Below are positions 43,685-54,710 of a stretch of 64,000 bases of DNA, one piece after another. Made by a program: the position numbers and the translations under genes. Origin of the DNA: an uncultured Planctomycetota bacterium. Lineage in GTDB: Bacteria; Planctomycetota; Planctomycetia; Gemmatales; Gemmataceae. Positions within the stretch are counted from its first letter, which is position 1, and the number at the start of each line of letters is the position of its first letter. Where the stretch lies: the NCBI GenBank assembly GCA_963849325.1, contig CAWKHF010000005.1, positions 608,001 through 672,000 of the forward strand, read 5' to 3'. The notes beneath the pieces are model-generated. The model made no database searches. It was given only the letters and a program-made list of their open reading frames with translations, and was not told the origin of the DNA.

Positions 43685-45847
43685 CCGTGCCTGGCCCGTC
43701 AGCACGAGACCTCCAAGGACCGTGTGCGAATCCCCATGCCCCTGTCCTGGATCGTCGCACGGTCTTGCGGACGGCAGCCGCGGCCGGCCTGGGGGTCATC
43801 CTCCCTGTCCCGGCGCTCGGCCGGGACGACAGCGACCGGTCGGCCGTGTTGACCTACCTCGCCCGGCTGGCCCGCCCCGATGGCGGATACGCCTGGTGGG
43901 AAGATCAGTCCCGGTCCCACCTCACGCCGACCTTCGCCGCGGTCGGCTGTTACCGATTGCTCAAGCACGATCCGCCGAACAAGGCCAAACTCGCGGAATT
44001 TATCCGCACTCATCATCCCTTCCGCATCAAGAAATTGGAGCGCGACCTCCGCGTTTTCGAGTGGCAGCAGATTCAAAGTCTGCTCTGGCTCGAAGAGGAC
44101 GTGTCCGCCTTCCGCGATCTCGTTCGCCGCTGGACGAAACCGACGATTTACCCTCGGCAATACGAGCAGCACGGCTATCCGGTCTTCCGCCTGGAATTGA
44201 CCGCCTTCACGTGTCGGACTCTGCTCGGGCTGCCGCACGATGACCTCGCGCCGACGTTTGTCGACTATCTGATGTCTCGCCGTCGGCCCAACGGCAGTTT
44301 CAACAATACGCCCGCGTCGGATGGCAGCGACGGGCACGCGATGAACACCTGGTGGGGCTTGCAGGCCATGCGCGCCCTGGGCCGCGAGGTGGAAAACCCG
44401 GAAAAAACCGTGACGTGGCTGCGGGACTGTCAACTCCCGAATGGGGGCTTCACTTACCAACCCCGGGCGAGTATCGGCGGCGTGGACGATGTGGCGTACA
44501 CGTGGGCGGCGGTGCGCGCGCTTGCGCAACTGAACAGCGCCCCGGCCGATCGGGAAGCATGTGTCCGCTATCTCGGTTCGCTCGCCAATGCGGATGGCGG
44601 GTTCGGCGACCGGCCCGGTTGGGCCAGCAACCCGATGGCGACGTACTACGCCCTCGATACGCTGAATGTCCTGGCCGCCGCGCCGCCTCCACACAGGCTC
44701 CCTCCGCGCCGTGGCCCCGCGTTCCCGCCGACTTGCAGGTGTTCACGCTGCAAATGGAAGCGCACGGACAGGGCAGTCCGGCCGAGGCGGTGGACCTGGC
44801 CCGCGCCTGCGCATCCACCTTTGGGGCGCCAAGAATGCCAAGCCGCAATGGATCGCGCATGCGCAAGCGTTGGCCGACCGGCAGAAAGTGCCGGTGACCT
44901 TCTTCGTCGCCAACGAAGAGTACGGCACCTGGGTCCGCGTGCCCGGCATGGGAACGTACAGCCACACCAGCGACATCATGGCGCCGGCGGGGACCGACTT
45001 CGGCCCCTCGTTGGCCAACAAGGGGGTGGTGTCCTGGCCGGAGTTCGTCGCGCAGCGCCTCGCCCCGCTCCGCAAGGCGGATGGCCGGTTGGTCTGGCAA
45101 TTCGGAGAGAACGAGGAGCTGACGCGAATTTTCCTCGACGATTCGTTGCAGCACGGCGGCTTCGCGGCCATCAGCACGTTCCACTTCGGCAACCCGGACT
45201 TCACCAACAGCGAGCCGTTCTTGCAGCGCTACCGGCATCAGCTTCCGTTCCTCGCCTTGCAAGACGCGCACGGCGGCGAGCCGTGGTGGTTCGCGGACAT
45301 GACGACGGGTTTTCGCACCGTCTTCCTCGCCCGCGCGGCGACCTGGGACGAATGGCTGAACGCGCTGCGGCAAAACTGGGTGGTCGCCGTTCGTCACGAT
45401 GCCGTCAGCCAGCTCCAAACGTGGATGCACGGCGGCGTGCGCGAGGTGTTGGACTTCGTTCGCCGGCACGAGCGCGACTGGCGCTGGTGGGACAACCCGG
45501 CGATTCAGCGTCCCCTCGTGTCCATCGTGGCCGTCCGGCCGAGCGATGAATTCGAGGCGGCGCGACCGGACAAAGGGGTCATGATTCGCGTCCGCTGCGC
45601 CTGGGAAAACACCACGCAAGGGCTTCCCCGCAAGCCGATCGCGGAGCTGGTCCAGCTGATGGTGGACGGAAAGGTCGTCATGCCGAAACTCGTGGCGAAG
45701 AAACGACCGCGCGGCGACGCCTATGTGGACTACTCTCACCAGTTTCATCTGTCCGAGCCTGCGCCGGGGCGACATCAAGCCCGGGCGGTGGTTCGCACGC
45801 TCGAAACCAAGGAGGAATCGAGCCGGTCGATCGAATTCAACGTGTGA
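43681..45847 (+). CDS. Tat-exported protein with prenyltransferase/squalene-cyclase repeats and an uncharacterised C-terminal domain; frameshifted
   Basis: DRRTVLR Tat-like motif; QLPNGGF, NADGGFG and RRPNGSF repeats; C-part in ORF 44666..45847. Confidence 0.7.
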
Positions 45848-45882
45848 AACGGACAGGTATTACTGGGTCAAGAAAAATCCTT

Positions 45883-45984
45883 AACCACGGATAACACGGA
45901 TAAGAAAAGCAGAGATGCAGCGTCCTTTCTACCGCCGGTATTTTCCTATCCGTGTTATCCGATTTATCCGTGTTATCCGTGGTT
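45883..45984. repeat. REP-like palindrome family D (ACCACGGATAACACGGAT...ATCCGTGTTATCCGTGGT)
   Basis: Same core at about 61628-61710. Confidence 0.85.
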
Positions 45985-46060
45985 CTTGGGACGCGGTTCT
46001 TTCTTGTCGGAGTAAGGAATCCGTCATCCTCACCCGTCGCGCTAACATGACCGTTTTCCT

Positions 46061-46822
46061 ATGCCGATGTTTCACCCCAAGGGACCGACCTTCTACGAAC
46101 TGGCGGTGCAAGCCTTATCCTCGACGCAGCGCGGCTACGATCTGCTGGCGCCGAAGTTCGATTATACTCCGTTCCGCACGCCGCAGGGACTTCTCGATGC
46201 CGTGGGTATGCAACTGAAAGCGCTCGGACCCTTCGGCGCCGGGCTGGACCTGTGCTGCGGCACCGGAGCGGCGATGGCCATGCTGCGGCCGCACTGCCGC
46301 GAGCGCGTCGTCGGCATCGATTTCAGCCAGGGCATGTTGGAGGTCGGCCGGCAGCGTCTCGCCGACGCGGCCGGCGCCGCCCGCCTGGAGTTCGTCCGCG
46401 GCGACGTCCTGGCCATGCCGTTCGAGTCGGCCTTCGATGTTGCCGTCTCCTTCGGCGCCTTCGGACACATTCTGGAGAAGGACGAGCCGCGTTTCGTCGG
46501 CGAGATCGCTCGCGTGCTGAAGCCGGGCGGGCGGTTTCTCTTCATCACCACGTACATGCCGCCGGCGACCTCGCCCCATTACTGGGCGTCCCATCTGTTC
46601 AACGCGGCCATGCGCGTTCGTAACTTCCTCGTCTCGCCGCCGTTCATCATGTATTACCTGACGTTCCTGCTGCCGCGGGTGGAGAAACTGTTGCGGCGGC
46701 AGGGGCTGGACGTGGAAGTGCGCGACATGGGGTTTCCGGGAATATGGTCGGCCGCTCGACTGGTCCTCGCCACGCGACCGACAGCGGACGCATGGCCGGC
46801 GCGGACGCAGCGATTACAATGA
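46061..46822 (+). CDS. Class I SAM-dependent methyltransferase
   Basis: LDLCCGTG, GIDFSQGML, RVLKPGG. Confidence 0.9.
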   Translation: MPMFHPKGPTFYELAVQALSSTQRGYDLLAPKFDYTPFRTPQGLLDAVGMQLKALGPFGAGLDLCCGTGAAMAMLRPHCRERVVGIDFSQGMLEVGRQRLADAAGAARLEFVRGDVLAMPFESAFDVAVSFGAFGHILEKDEPRFVGEIARVLKPGGRFLFITTYMPPATSPHYWASHLFNAAMRVRNFLVSPPFIMYYLTFLLPRVEKLLRRQGLDVEVRDMGFPGIWSAARLVLATRPTADAWPARTQRLQ

Positions 46823-46859
46823 CGGCGGGTCCGACCTTTCCCCATGCCGAGGGAATGCC

Positions 46860-48113
46860 ATGAAACCCATGTGGGCGTGCGCTGGCCTGGTAGGGTTGAT
46901 CGCCGTGACGGCGCTGCCCGCGGACGACTGGCCGGCCTGGCGCGGCCGCCACGGCGACGGCCATTCCTCCGACAAGGCTCCGCCGCTGCGCTGGAGCCGA
47001 ACCGAGAACGTCCGCTGGAAGACGGCCCTTCCCGAACCGGGCAACTCCTCGCCGATCGTCTGGAAAGACCGTGTTTTTCTCACGCAAGCCCTGGAGGCAG
47101 GCCGACGCCGGGCTGTCCTGTGCCTGGATCGCGCCACGGGCAAACTCCTCTGGCAGCGCGAGACCGTCTACACCGAGAAGGAACCCACGCACGAGACCAA
47201 TCCGTATTGCTCGGCGACCCCCGTCACCGATGGCACGCACGTCATCGCCAGCCTCGGCTCGGCCGGCCTGGTTTGCTACAACTTCGCCGGCAAGGAACTG
47301 TGGCGCAAAGACCTCGGCAAGCTGGAGCACATCTGGGGTAATGGCTCCTCGCCGATCCTGTACGGCGACCTTGTCATCCTGTGGTGCGGGCCGGGTCCGC
47401 GCCAGTTTCTGCTGGCGGTGAAGAAGATCAACGGGGAGACGGTGTGGCGGCACGAGGAACCCGGCGGCAAGTCCGGCAGCGGCGGCAGCAAGGAATGGCT
47501 CGGTTCCTGGGCCACGCCCCTTCAGGTCCGGGTGGGCGATCATGACGAGCTGATCGTTCCCGTGCCGAGGAAGGTGAAGGGCTTCGATCCGAAAACCGGC
47601 ACCGAGTTATGGTCGTGCGGCGGATTGGGCGATCTGATTTATGCCTCGCCGGTGTGCTCGGCGGACGGCATCGTCGTCGTCGTGTCCGGCTTCCACGGGC
47701 CGGCGTTGGCCGTCCGCGCCGGCGGCACGGGCGACGTGACGGCGACACGCCGTCTCTGGCATCACCCCCAGCGCAATCCCCAGCGCATCGGCTCGCCGAT
47801 TTTCGTCGGCGGATACGTGTATTTGCTCAACGAGTCGGGGGTGGGGCAATGCTTCGACGGGACGACGGGCGCGGACGTGTGGAATAATCAGCGGGTCGGC
47901 GGCGATTCCTGGAGTTCGCCGGGGTACGCGGCGGGCCGACTGTACATCAACACTCGGGCCGGCGATACGCTCGTTCTGTCAGCCCGCCCTAAGTACGAGT
48001 TGCTGGCCCGCAACAGCCTGGGCGAGCGTGTACTGTCCTCGCCCGCCTTGGCCGACGGCGAACTCTTTATCCGATCGTACAAGCATTTGTGGTGCCTTGG
48101 CGACGGGAAGTGA
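46860..48113 (+). CDS. PQQ-like beta-propeller secreted protein
   Basis: DDWPAWRG, GNSSPIVW, SSPALADGELFIR. Confidence 0.9.
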   Translation: MKPMWACAGLVGLIAVTALPADDWPAWRGRHGDGHSSDKAPPLRWSRTENVRWKTALPEPGNSSPIVWKDRVFLTQALEAGRRRAVLCLDRATGKLLWQRETVYTEKEPTHETNPYCSATPVTDGTHVIASLGSAGLVCYNFAGKELWRKDLGKLEHIWGNGSSPILYGDLVILWCGPGPRQFLLAVKKINGETVWRHEEPGGKSGSGGSKEWLGSWATPLQVRVGDHDELIVPVPRKVKGFDPKTGTELWSCGGLGDLIYASPVCSADGIVVVVSGFHGPALAVRAGGTGDVTATRRLWHHPQRNPQRIGSPIFVGGYVYLLNESGVGQCFDGTTGADVWNNQRVGGDSWSSPGYAAGRLYINTRAGDTLVLSARPKYELLARNSLGERVLSSPALADGELFIRSYKHLWCLGDGK

Positions 48114-48331
48114 GGCGACGGTCTCCGGGGCGGCGAACCCCAGGTGACGGGCAAAGCGGCGCTGGCGATGGCCGGCGTACCAGGTGCGGCGAGCCTGGTC
48201 TCGCGTTCGTCGAGTTCGTGTCGCGTCCATGAAAAGCTCCCGTACCGAAGGTGAAGGACCGTTGTCAATCCCGTTTCGCTCCGACACTCCATCTACGTCC
48301 CCGCCGCGAAAGTGTGACCGAAAGACCCTCC

Positions 48332-51295
48332 ATGAGCGCCGTCCCTCTGCCAGTATTGCGGCCAGGCCGCGTGGACGTGGCCGGTCTGCAAGCGGCCCTG
48401 ACCGTCCGCGTCGGCGGCGAAGTCCGCTTCGACCGTCTCAGTCGCGCCCTGTATTCCACCGACGCCAGCGTCTACCAAATTGTGCCGCTCGGCGTCGTCC
48501 TGCCGAAAACGCCTGCCGATGTCGAGGCGGTTGTGAAGACGTGCGCTCGCTTCAGCGTACCGCTGACGGCTCGCGGCGGCGGCACCTCGCAGGCCGGGCA
48601 GTGCATCGGGCCGGGCGTCGTGCTCGATTGCTCGCGCCATTTCAACCGCGTCCTGGAGGTCAACGCCGCCGAGCGCTGGGCGCGGGTCGAACCCGGCTGT
48701 GTCCTGGACGAACTCAATCGCGAACTGCAACCGTTGGGCCTGCACTTCCCGCTCGACATTTCCACGTCCGACCGTGCCACCATCGGCGGCATGATCGCCA
48801 ACAATTCGTCCGGCACTCATTCGCTCGTCTACGGCAAGACCCTCGATCACGTCCTCGAACTCCGCGCCGTCCTCGCCGACGGACAGGCCGTCCACCTGCG
48901 CGCGCTGAACCGGGACGAACTGGAGGAGAAATGTCTTCAACCGGATCGGGAGGGGGAATGTTACCGCGTCGTGCGGCGCCTGGCGGCAGAGCACCGAGAG
49001 GAGATCGAACGCCGTTATCCGCGCATCCTCCGCCGCGTCGGCGGGTACAACCTCGATCGCTTCGTCATGGATCACCCCTTCAACCTGGCGCACCTGCTCG
49101 TCGGCTCCGAGGGAACGCTCGGCGTCACGCTGGAGGCACGGCTTCATCTGGAGCCGTTGCCGCAGGCAAAGGCCTTGCTCGTCATCCAGTTCGCCGACTT
49201 GCTCGAAGCCCTCGCCGCGACGCCCGCGATCCTCGCGCACCAACCGGCGGCGGTGGAAGTCATGGATCGATACGTCCTCGATGCCACTCGCCTGAACGCG
49301 GAAGCCGCCCGTCTGCGCGATTTCCTCGCCGGCGACCCCGGCGCCATCCTGATCGTTGAGTTCTACGCCGATCGCTTCGAGGATCTGCCCGCGCGTCTGG
49401 ACGCCCTGGAAACGGACCTGCACAGTCGCCGTCACGGCTATCACGCGCACCGCGCCGTCGATCCGTCCGCGCAGGCTCGCATCTGGAAGCTGCGGCGGCT
49501 GGCGCTGGGGTTATCGATGGCCGAGAAGGGCGACGCCAAGGCCATCTCCTTCGTCGAGGACACGGCGGTCGCGGCCGAGTATTTGCACGATTACATCGCC
49601 GAGTTCCTGACGGTCCTGCGGCGGCACGGCACGAAGGCCGGCGTCTACGCCCATGCGTCGGTCGGCTGTTTGCACGTCCGGCCGGTGATCGACCTGAAGA
49701 CGGAAGCCGGCGTCCAGCGTTTCGAGTCCATCGCCGCCGAGGTCGCCGATCTCGTCCTCCGCTACGGCGGCGCCCTGTCCGGCGAGCACGGCGACGGTCT
49801 GGTCCGCAGTCCGTTTCAAGAGAAGATGTACGGTCCCCAGCTCTACCAGGCGTTCCGGGAGATCAAGCGCGCCTTCGATCCGGCGAACCTCCTCAACCCC
49901 GGCAAGATCGTCGATGCTCCGCCGTTGTCGGCCAACCTGCGTTATGGGCCGCGTTACGTCACGCCGGAGGTGGCGACGACGTTCGATTTCACGGCTGACG
50001 GCGGCCTGGCGCGGGCGGCGGAATTGTGCGCCGGCGTCGGCGAGTGCCGCAAGACGCGCAGCGGGACCATGTGCCCCTCCTACCAGGCGACGCGCGACGA
50101 ACAGCACAGCACGCGCGGTCGGGCCAACGTCCTGCGCCTCGCCCTGACCGGCCAGGCCGGGCTGAATGGCCTGACGGATCCAGCCGTGCATGCCGCCCTG
50201 GACCTGTGCCTGGAGTGCAAGGCGTGCAAGAGCGAATGTCCGACCAACGTCGATGTCGCTCGCCTCAAGGCGGAGTTTCTGCACCACTATCACCGCCGGC
50301 ACGGTCTGCCCTGGCGCAACCGGCTCTTCGCTCACGTGGCCGAGGTCAGCCGCTGGGGCTGCCGCCTCGCCCCCGTGTCGAACTGGCTGGTCCGCAGTTT
50401 TCCTCTGCGCTGGCTCCACGATAAACTCTTTGGCATCGACCTTCGCCGGCTGCCGCCGGCCTTCGCGCGGCGAACGTTCGTCCAGCAATTCCACGCTCGG
50501 CGGCGCGAACGCGAGCCGGGATCGCCTGCCGACGTCCTGCTCTTGCCCGACACGTTCACGAATTATCACGAGCCGGAAATCGGGATGGCCGCCGTCGAGG
50601 TGCTCGAACGCGCCGGCTGCACCGTCACTCTCGATGTTCCCTCGGAACGCGGCCTCTCCAGATTGAGGTGCTGCGGTCGGCCGCTGATCTCCAATGGTCT
50701 GCTGGCGGAAGCCGTCGCTCATGCCGCGCACAACGTCGCACGCTTGTACTCGTGGGCGGCCGACGGCAAGCCCATCGTCGCTTGCGAGCCGAGCTGCATT
50801 CTCACCCTCCAGGACGATTATCCCGCCCTGCTGCGCGGCCGACTCCGCGACCAGGCCGAGACCGTCGCCGCCGCCTGCCGGACCTTCGAGGCGTTTCTGC
50901 AACAACGTCTCCAGCAGCGCGACAAGACCGATGGTCCCTTGCCGGCGTCGTGGCCCTCGGGACCGCGGCAAATCCTGGTGCAGCCGCATTGTCATCAGCG
51001 TTCGCTGACCGGCACGGCGGCGCTGCTGGCCCTACTGCGGCGCATTCCCGGCGCGGCCGTGGTGGATCTCGACGCTGGCTGCTGCGGTTTGGCCGGATCG
51101 TTCGGCTACGAGAAGGAACATTACGACGTGTCGCTGCACAGTCGCCGAGCAGCGGCTGTTGCCGGCCCTGCGGCAGCGCCGGCGGAGGCGGTGGTGGTCG
51201 CTCCCGGTTTCTCCTGCCGTATGCAGATCGCCCATTGCAGCGGCCGCACGGCCCTGCATCCGGCACAACTCCTCCACGGTCTCCGCTCTGTTTAG
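48332..51295 (+). CDS. FAD-linked oxidase with 4Fe-4S and CCG domains (GlcD/GlcF-YdiJ type 2-hydroxyacid dehydrogenase)
   Basis: RGGGTSQAGQ, GSEGTLG, SGEHGDG, CLECKACKSECP, CCGRP, GCCGLAGSFG. Confidence 0.9.
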   Translation: MSAVPLPVLRPGRVDVAGLQAALTVRVGGEVRFDRLSRALYSTDASVYQIVPLGVVLPKTPADVEAVVKTCARFSVPLTARGGGTSQAGQCIGPGVVLDCSRHFNRVLEVNAAERWARVEPGCVLDELNRELQPLGLHFPLDISTSDRATIGGMIANNSSGTHSLVYGKTLDHVLELRAVLADGQAVHLRALNRDELEEKCLQPDREGECYRVVRRLAAEHREEIERRYPRILRRVGGYNLDRFVMDHPFNLAHLLVGSEGTLGVTLEARLHLEPLPQAKALLVIQFADLLEALAATPAILAHQPAAVEVMDRYVLDATRLNAEAARLRDFLAGDPGAILIVEFYADRFEDLPARLDALETDLHSRRHGYHAHRAVDPSAQARIWKLRRLALGLSMAEKGDAKAISFVEDTAVAAEYLHDYIAEFLTVLRRHGTKAGVYAHASVGCLHVRPVIDLKTEAGVQRFESIAAEVADLVLRYGGALSGEHGDGLVRSPFQEKMYGPQLYQAFREIKRAFDPANLLNPGKIVDAPPLSANLRYGPRYVTPEVATTFDFTADGGLARAAELCAGVGECRKTRSGTMCPSYQATRDEQHSTRGRANVLRLALTGQAGLNGLTDPAVHAALDLCLECKACKSECPTNVDVARLKAEFLHHYHRRHGLPWRNRLFAHVAEVSRWGCRLAPVSNWLVRSFPLRWLHDKLFGIDLRRLPPAFARRTFVQQFHARRREREPGSPADVLLLPDTFTNYHEPEIGMAAVEVLERAGCTVTLDVPSERGLSRLRCCGRPLISNGLLAEAVAHAAHNVARLYSWAADGKPIVACEPSCILTLQDDYPALLRGRLRDQAETVAAACRTFEAFLQQRLQQRDKTDGPLPASWPSGPRQILVQPHCHQRSLTGTAALLALLRRIPGAAVVDLDAGCCGLAGSFGYEKEHYDVSLHSRRAAAVAGPAAAPAEAVVVAPGFSCRMQIAHCSGRTALHPAQLLHGLRSV

Positions 51296-51354
51296 CCGCG
51301 ACGCGCAGCGGAGCGCGGGTCTGTCCCGCGCTCCGCTGCGCGTCGCGGCTAAAC
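51290..51354. repeat. REP-like palindrome family A; contains the upstream gene's TAG
   Basis: tttagccgcg...cgcggctaaa. Confidence 0.9.
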
Positions 51355-51371
51355 GAGATATCGTTAGGGAC

Positions 51372-51848
51372 TCACTTCTTTTCCGGCTCTTCCCGCGGTG
51401 GGGGAAGCCGTTCGGGGGCCGTTTTCTTCTTTTCCGATTCCAGCCGCGGCGGAGGAAGCGGCTGGGGGGCCGTTTCCGTCGTTTTCTTCTTCTCCGGCGC
51501 TGGCGGCGGCTGATAGATGGAACTCGGCAGCCGACCGCCCAGGCCCGGATAATTGGCGACCGAGAATTGGAGCGGGTTGATCGCCGGACAGTGATACGGC
51601 ACGAAATAATCGGTCGGTGAGATGTCCGGGTGGATCTTCTGGGCGAAGATGTAGCGGCACGGACCCTGGCACCAGGCCGCCCAGCGATAGAAGGATGGCG
51701 TCAAGACGTGCAGGGCGCTGTAGTGCGTCGGCGGGCAATCGCATGGCTGCATCACGTTGACGTAAGGTCCGGCCTCGGTCCGCGACGGCAAACTCCAAAC
51801 CGCCGCCAGGAGAAATCCCGCCACCCATCTGCGACTGCTTCGCGTCAT
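51372..51848 (-). CDS. Secreted hypothetical protein with repeated P/E/K-rich tail
   Basis: Signal peptide; PEKKKT..AP..LPPPR repeated. Confidence 0.65.
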   Translation of the reverse strand: MTRSSRRWVAGFLLAAVWSLPSRTEAGPYVNVMQPCDCPPTHYSALHVLTPSFYRWAAWCQGPCRYIFAQKIHPDISPTDYFVPYHCPAINPLQFSVANYPGLGGRLPSSIYQPPPAPEKKKTTETAPQPLPPPRLESEKKKTAPERLPPPREEPEKK

Positions 51849-52054
51849 GTCTGCTCCCTCTTCGCCGATTGGACTCCGTCCCGGTTCTCTTTATCTGACG
51901 TTGGGGTGGGCCGACTGTGGCGGATGGGCCGCGATTCCGGCGGCCGCGGCCGTCGTCGCCGTTACAGGCCGCATCCTTGACGGTGGCCGGCAAACTCCGC
52001 GGACGCGAGCTATACTGGAGTAGATTTTTTCTCGCCAAGCGGGAGGAAACCATC

Positions 52055-52195
52055 GTGGATGAATTCACTCGTCCGATCGTGTACTTGTGGGATTGGATCG
52101 ACCGCACCGGGGGCTTTCCCGGCAAGGTATTCTGCCTGTCGGCCCTCGCCATGCTGCTGGTCGGCGTTCTGACCTGGTTCAGCAACAAACGCTGA
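52055..52195 (+). CDS. 46-aa small membrane protein
   Basis: GGAGG RBS before GTG; single TM helix. Confidence 0.5.
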   Translation: MDEFTRPIVYLWDWIDRTGGFPGKVFCLSALAMLLVGVLTWFSNKR

Positions 52196-52337
52196 TGCCT
52201 CAAGTGAAGGTCTCTCTTCGCTTACGCTTCAGGCTCGGATAGACTCCGCCCTGAATCCTCCTCCGCCAACCGCGCATCCAACCCCGCGAAATCGGGTCTG
52301 GATTCCGAAGGACGAACCACGCTCCCCAAGGACGACC

Positions 52338-53526
52338 GTGCTGACTCCGATGGCTCCCCGCGCGCCGCGCTATCCCAGCCTGGACCTGTGGCGAGGCATC
52401 GCCTGCCTCATGGTCGTGGTCTTCCATTCCTGCTTCTACCTGGAAGCCGAGGACAACGTCCCGTTTCTGCTGGCGCACCTGTGGGTCGGAGTGCCGCTGT
52501 TTTTTGTCATCAGCGGTTATTGCATCTCGGCCACCGCCGATTCGACGCGCCGCAAAGGCGCCGGCGTACTCGACTACTTTCGCCGCCGTCTGCGGCGCAT
52601 CTTTCCGCCTTACTGGGCCTGCCTCGGGCTGAGCGTGGCCGCCGTCGCCCTGGCCGGAGGCGCTCGGGTCCGGCTGGCTGTTCGAGGCACCTCATCCCAT
52701 CCCGGACAACTCGACCATCACGGCCGTCAAGTGGCTGGGCAACCTCACGCTCACGGAATCGTGGCGTCCGCATGTCGCCGGCAGCAGCCCGGCCTGGTTC
52801 CTGGGGCACGCCTGGTCCCTGGCGTTCGAGGAGCAATTCTACGCCGTTTGCGGCCTGCTCCTGCTGCTGTGTCCGCGGCGCTTCTTTGCCGGAGTCGGCG
52901 TCGTCACGCTCCTCACCCTGGCCCTGGCCGGGCTGCACTTCGGGTCCACGCACGTCAACCTGCTGGGCCTGTTCGTGGACGGCCACTGGCTCCTCTTCGC
53001 CGCCGGAGTCGCCGTCTACTACCAGCTCAATTACGCACGCCCGTGGACCGGCCGCGCCCTGACGCTGCTGTTGGCCGTCGGGTTCGGCGCCGCCTCGGTC
53101 CTGCTGGGGTGGCCGGCCGCTTCCTCTCGGTTGTCGCGGCCGATCGGCCTGTTCGCCGAGGAGTGCGTGGTGGCGTTCGCTTTCGCCCTGCTCCTGCCGA
53201 TCCTGCGCCCGCTCGATGAACCGCTGCACCAGGGGCGACTGGCCCGTCCGCTGGTATGGTGCGGGACCATGTGCTATAGTCTTTACCTGGTCCACTGGCC
53301 GGTGGTAAAAGTCCTCAGTCACGCTCTGTACGCGGGCGGCGTCCGCGGTCTCGGGCCGACGTTGCTGATCATCGTGCCGGTCTGCGTGGCGGCTTCGCTG
53401 CTCGCCGGACGCTTGTTCTACCGGCTCGTCGAACGTCGATTCCTCAACCCGCCGCAAACCCTCGCGGCCCAGACTCCCACCCAGGGGACGACCGTTGCCG
53501 GAACGCCGCATCCCCGAATTGCCTGA
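52338..53526 (+). CDS. Acyltransferase family 3 (OafA-like); frameshifted
   Basis: LDLWRGIACLMVVVFH, FFVISGY, RRIFPPY, GHAWSLAFEEQFY, YSLYLVHWP, VERRF. Confidence 0.88.
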
Positions 53527-53845
53527 ACAGCTTGCCTTTTCTATCCATCTTTCCTATTTTTCCTTAGTTATTGTTTTTTGTTTGACATCGCGGAAAAGAA
53601 AGGTCAACATGACCCCTTGATCTAGGGATCGTCGAACGGGACAAGGCTGCATAACAGGACGTTCCCTGTCGTCCGTTCCGTCACACTTTCGTTTCGGACC
53701 CTGACCTCGACAACGTACTCCGCCTAGAAGGAAGGATCCTTGGGCCTTCGAGTCCTGGATCGTTGCGGTGTTTTTTCGCCAGAGCGTCCCTTCCGGGGCG
53801 TCAAGCGTTCTGTGTCACGTAGGACACTGTTTGGGGACAGAGCCA

Positions 53846-54451
53846 ATGATGCTTCTGGAGTACTGGTCGAATATCGCCGATCGCGCCCCTGCGGTTCGGA
53901 CCGCGGCGGGATCGGAGGGGATCATGCCCACGACGGCCGAGGGCGTCTTCTACGCCTACGCACCGCGCGTCTACGGCGTCGCTCGCCGCATGTTGGGCAA
54001 CGACGTGGATGCCGAAGACGTCACCCAGGACGTCCTGCTGCAGGTCGTCCGCAAGCTCGATACCTTCCGCGGCGAGTCCGGCCTGACCACTTGGCTGTAC
54101 CGGGTCACGGTCAATGCCGCCCTGCTGCATCGCCGCCGACAGGGCCGCCGACGGGAGCGCCCGACCGGCACCCCACTGGAAGCCCTCTGGGCCGAGGCCG
54201 AGAACCATCGTAGCTCCCGGACCCCCGCCGCCCCCGACCAGCGGGCGCTGCAACGCGAGACGCGCGAACTGATCGACCGGGCCATCGCGCGGCTGCCGCT
54301 GCTGTACCGGGAGGTCTACGTGCTGGCCGACGTCGAGGGACTGAGTAACGCGGACATCGGCAAGCGGCTGGGGCTGGGAGTGCCGGCGGTCAAGAGCCGA
54401 CTGCATCGCGCCCGCCTGATGATGCGCGAAACCCTCGCCCCCGACTTCTGA
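53846..54451 (+). CDS. ECF sigma-70 factor; start uncertain (53846 or 53924)
   Basis: DAEDVTQDV, TWLYRVTVN, EGLSNADI, VKSRLHRAR. Confidence 0.88.
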   Translation: MMLLEYWSNIADRAPAVRTAAGSEGIMPTTAEGVFYAYAPRVYGVARRMLGNDVDAEDVTQDVLLQVVRKLDTFRGESGLTTWLYRVTVNAALLHRRRQGRRRERPTGTPLEALWAEAENHRSSRTPAAPDQRALQRETRELIDRAIARLPLLYREVYVLADVEGLSNADIGKRLGLGVPAVKSRLHRARLMMRETLAPDF

Positions 54452-54710
54452 GACTCGGTTCCCCAAGCCGCTTGCGGCTTCGCGTTGGTCGCGGTCACGC
54501 GAAGCGGCAAGCGGCTTCCGGTCTTGTTCTCTATCCGCCGCGTATCCTATAATTAATGAGGTAGAGGTGGACGAGCGGCTGGCGGCGGTCACGATCGTGT
54601 TCGCCTTCCCGTAACCCCCACGCAGCCTCCTTTCTCCCTTCGGCACCCTTCGTCCTTTTGCACGGTGCATGCGGGCCTCGTCCACGACGATAACCTGCGG
54701 GGATGTCAAC

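Noticed and set aside
42403-45549. 1048-aa apparent sulfatase-prenyltransferase fusion
   Set aside because: It arises from a frameshift near 43610; the second protein has its own RBS, ATG and Tat-like leader.
53530-53845. Riboswitch or ncRNA in the AT-rich region before the ECF sigma gene
   Set aside because: A TTGACA and imperfect stems are present, but there is no recognisable aptamer; an Infernal/Rfam scan would be needed.
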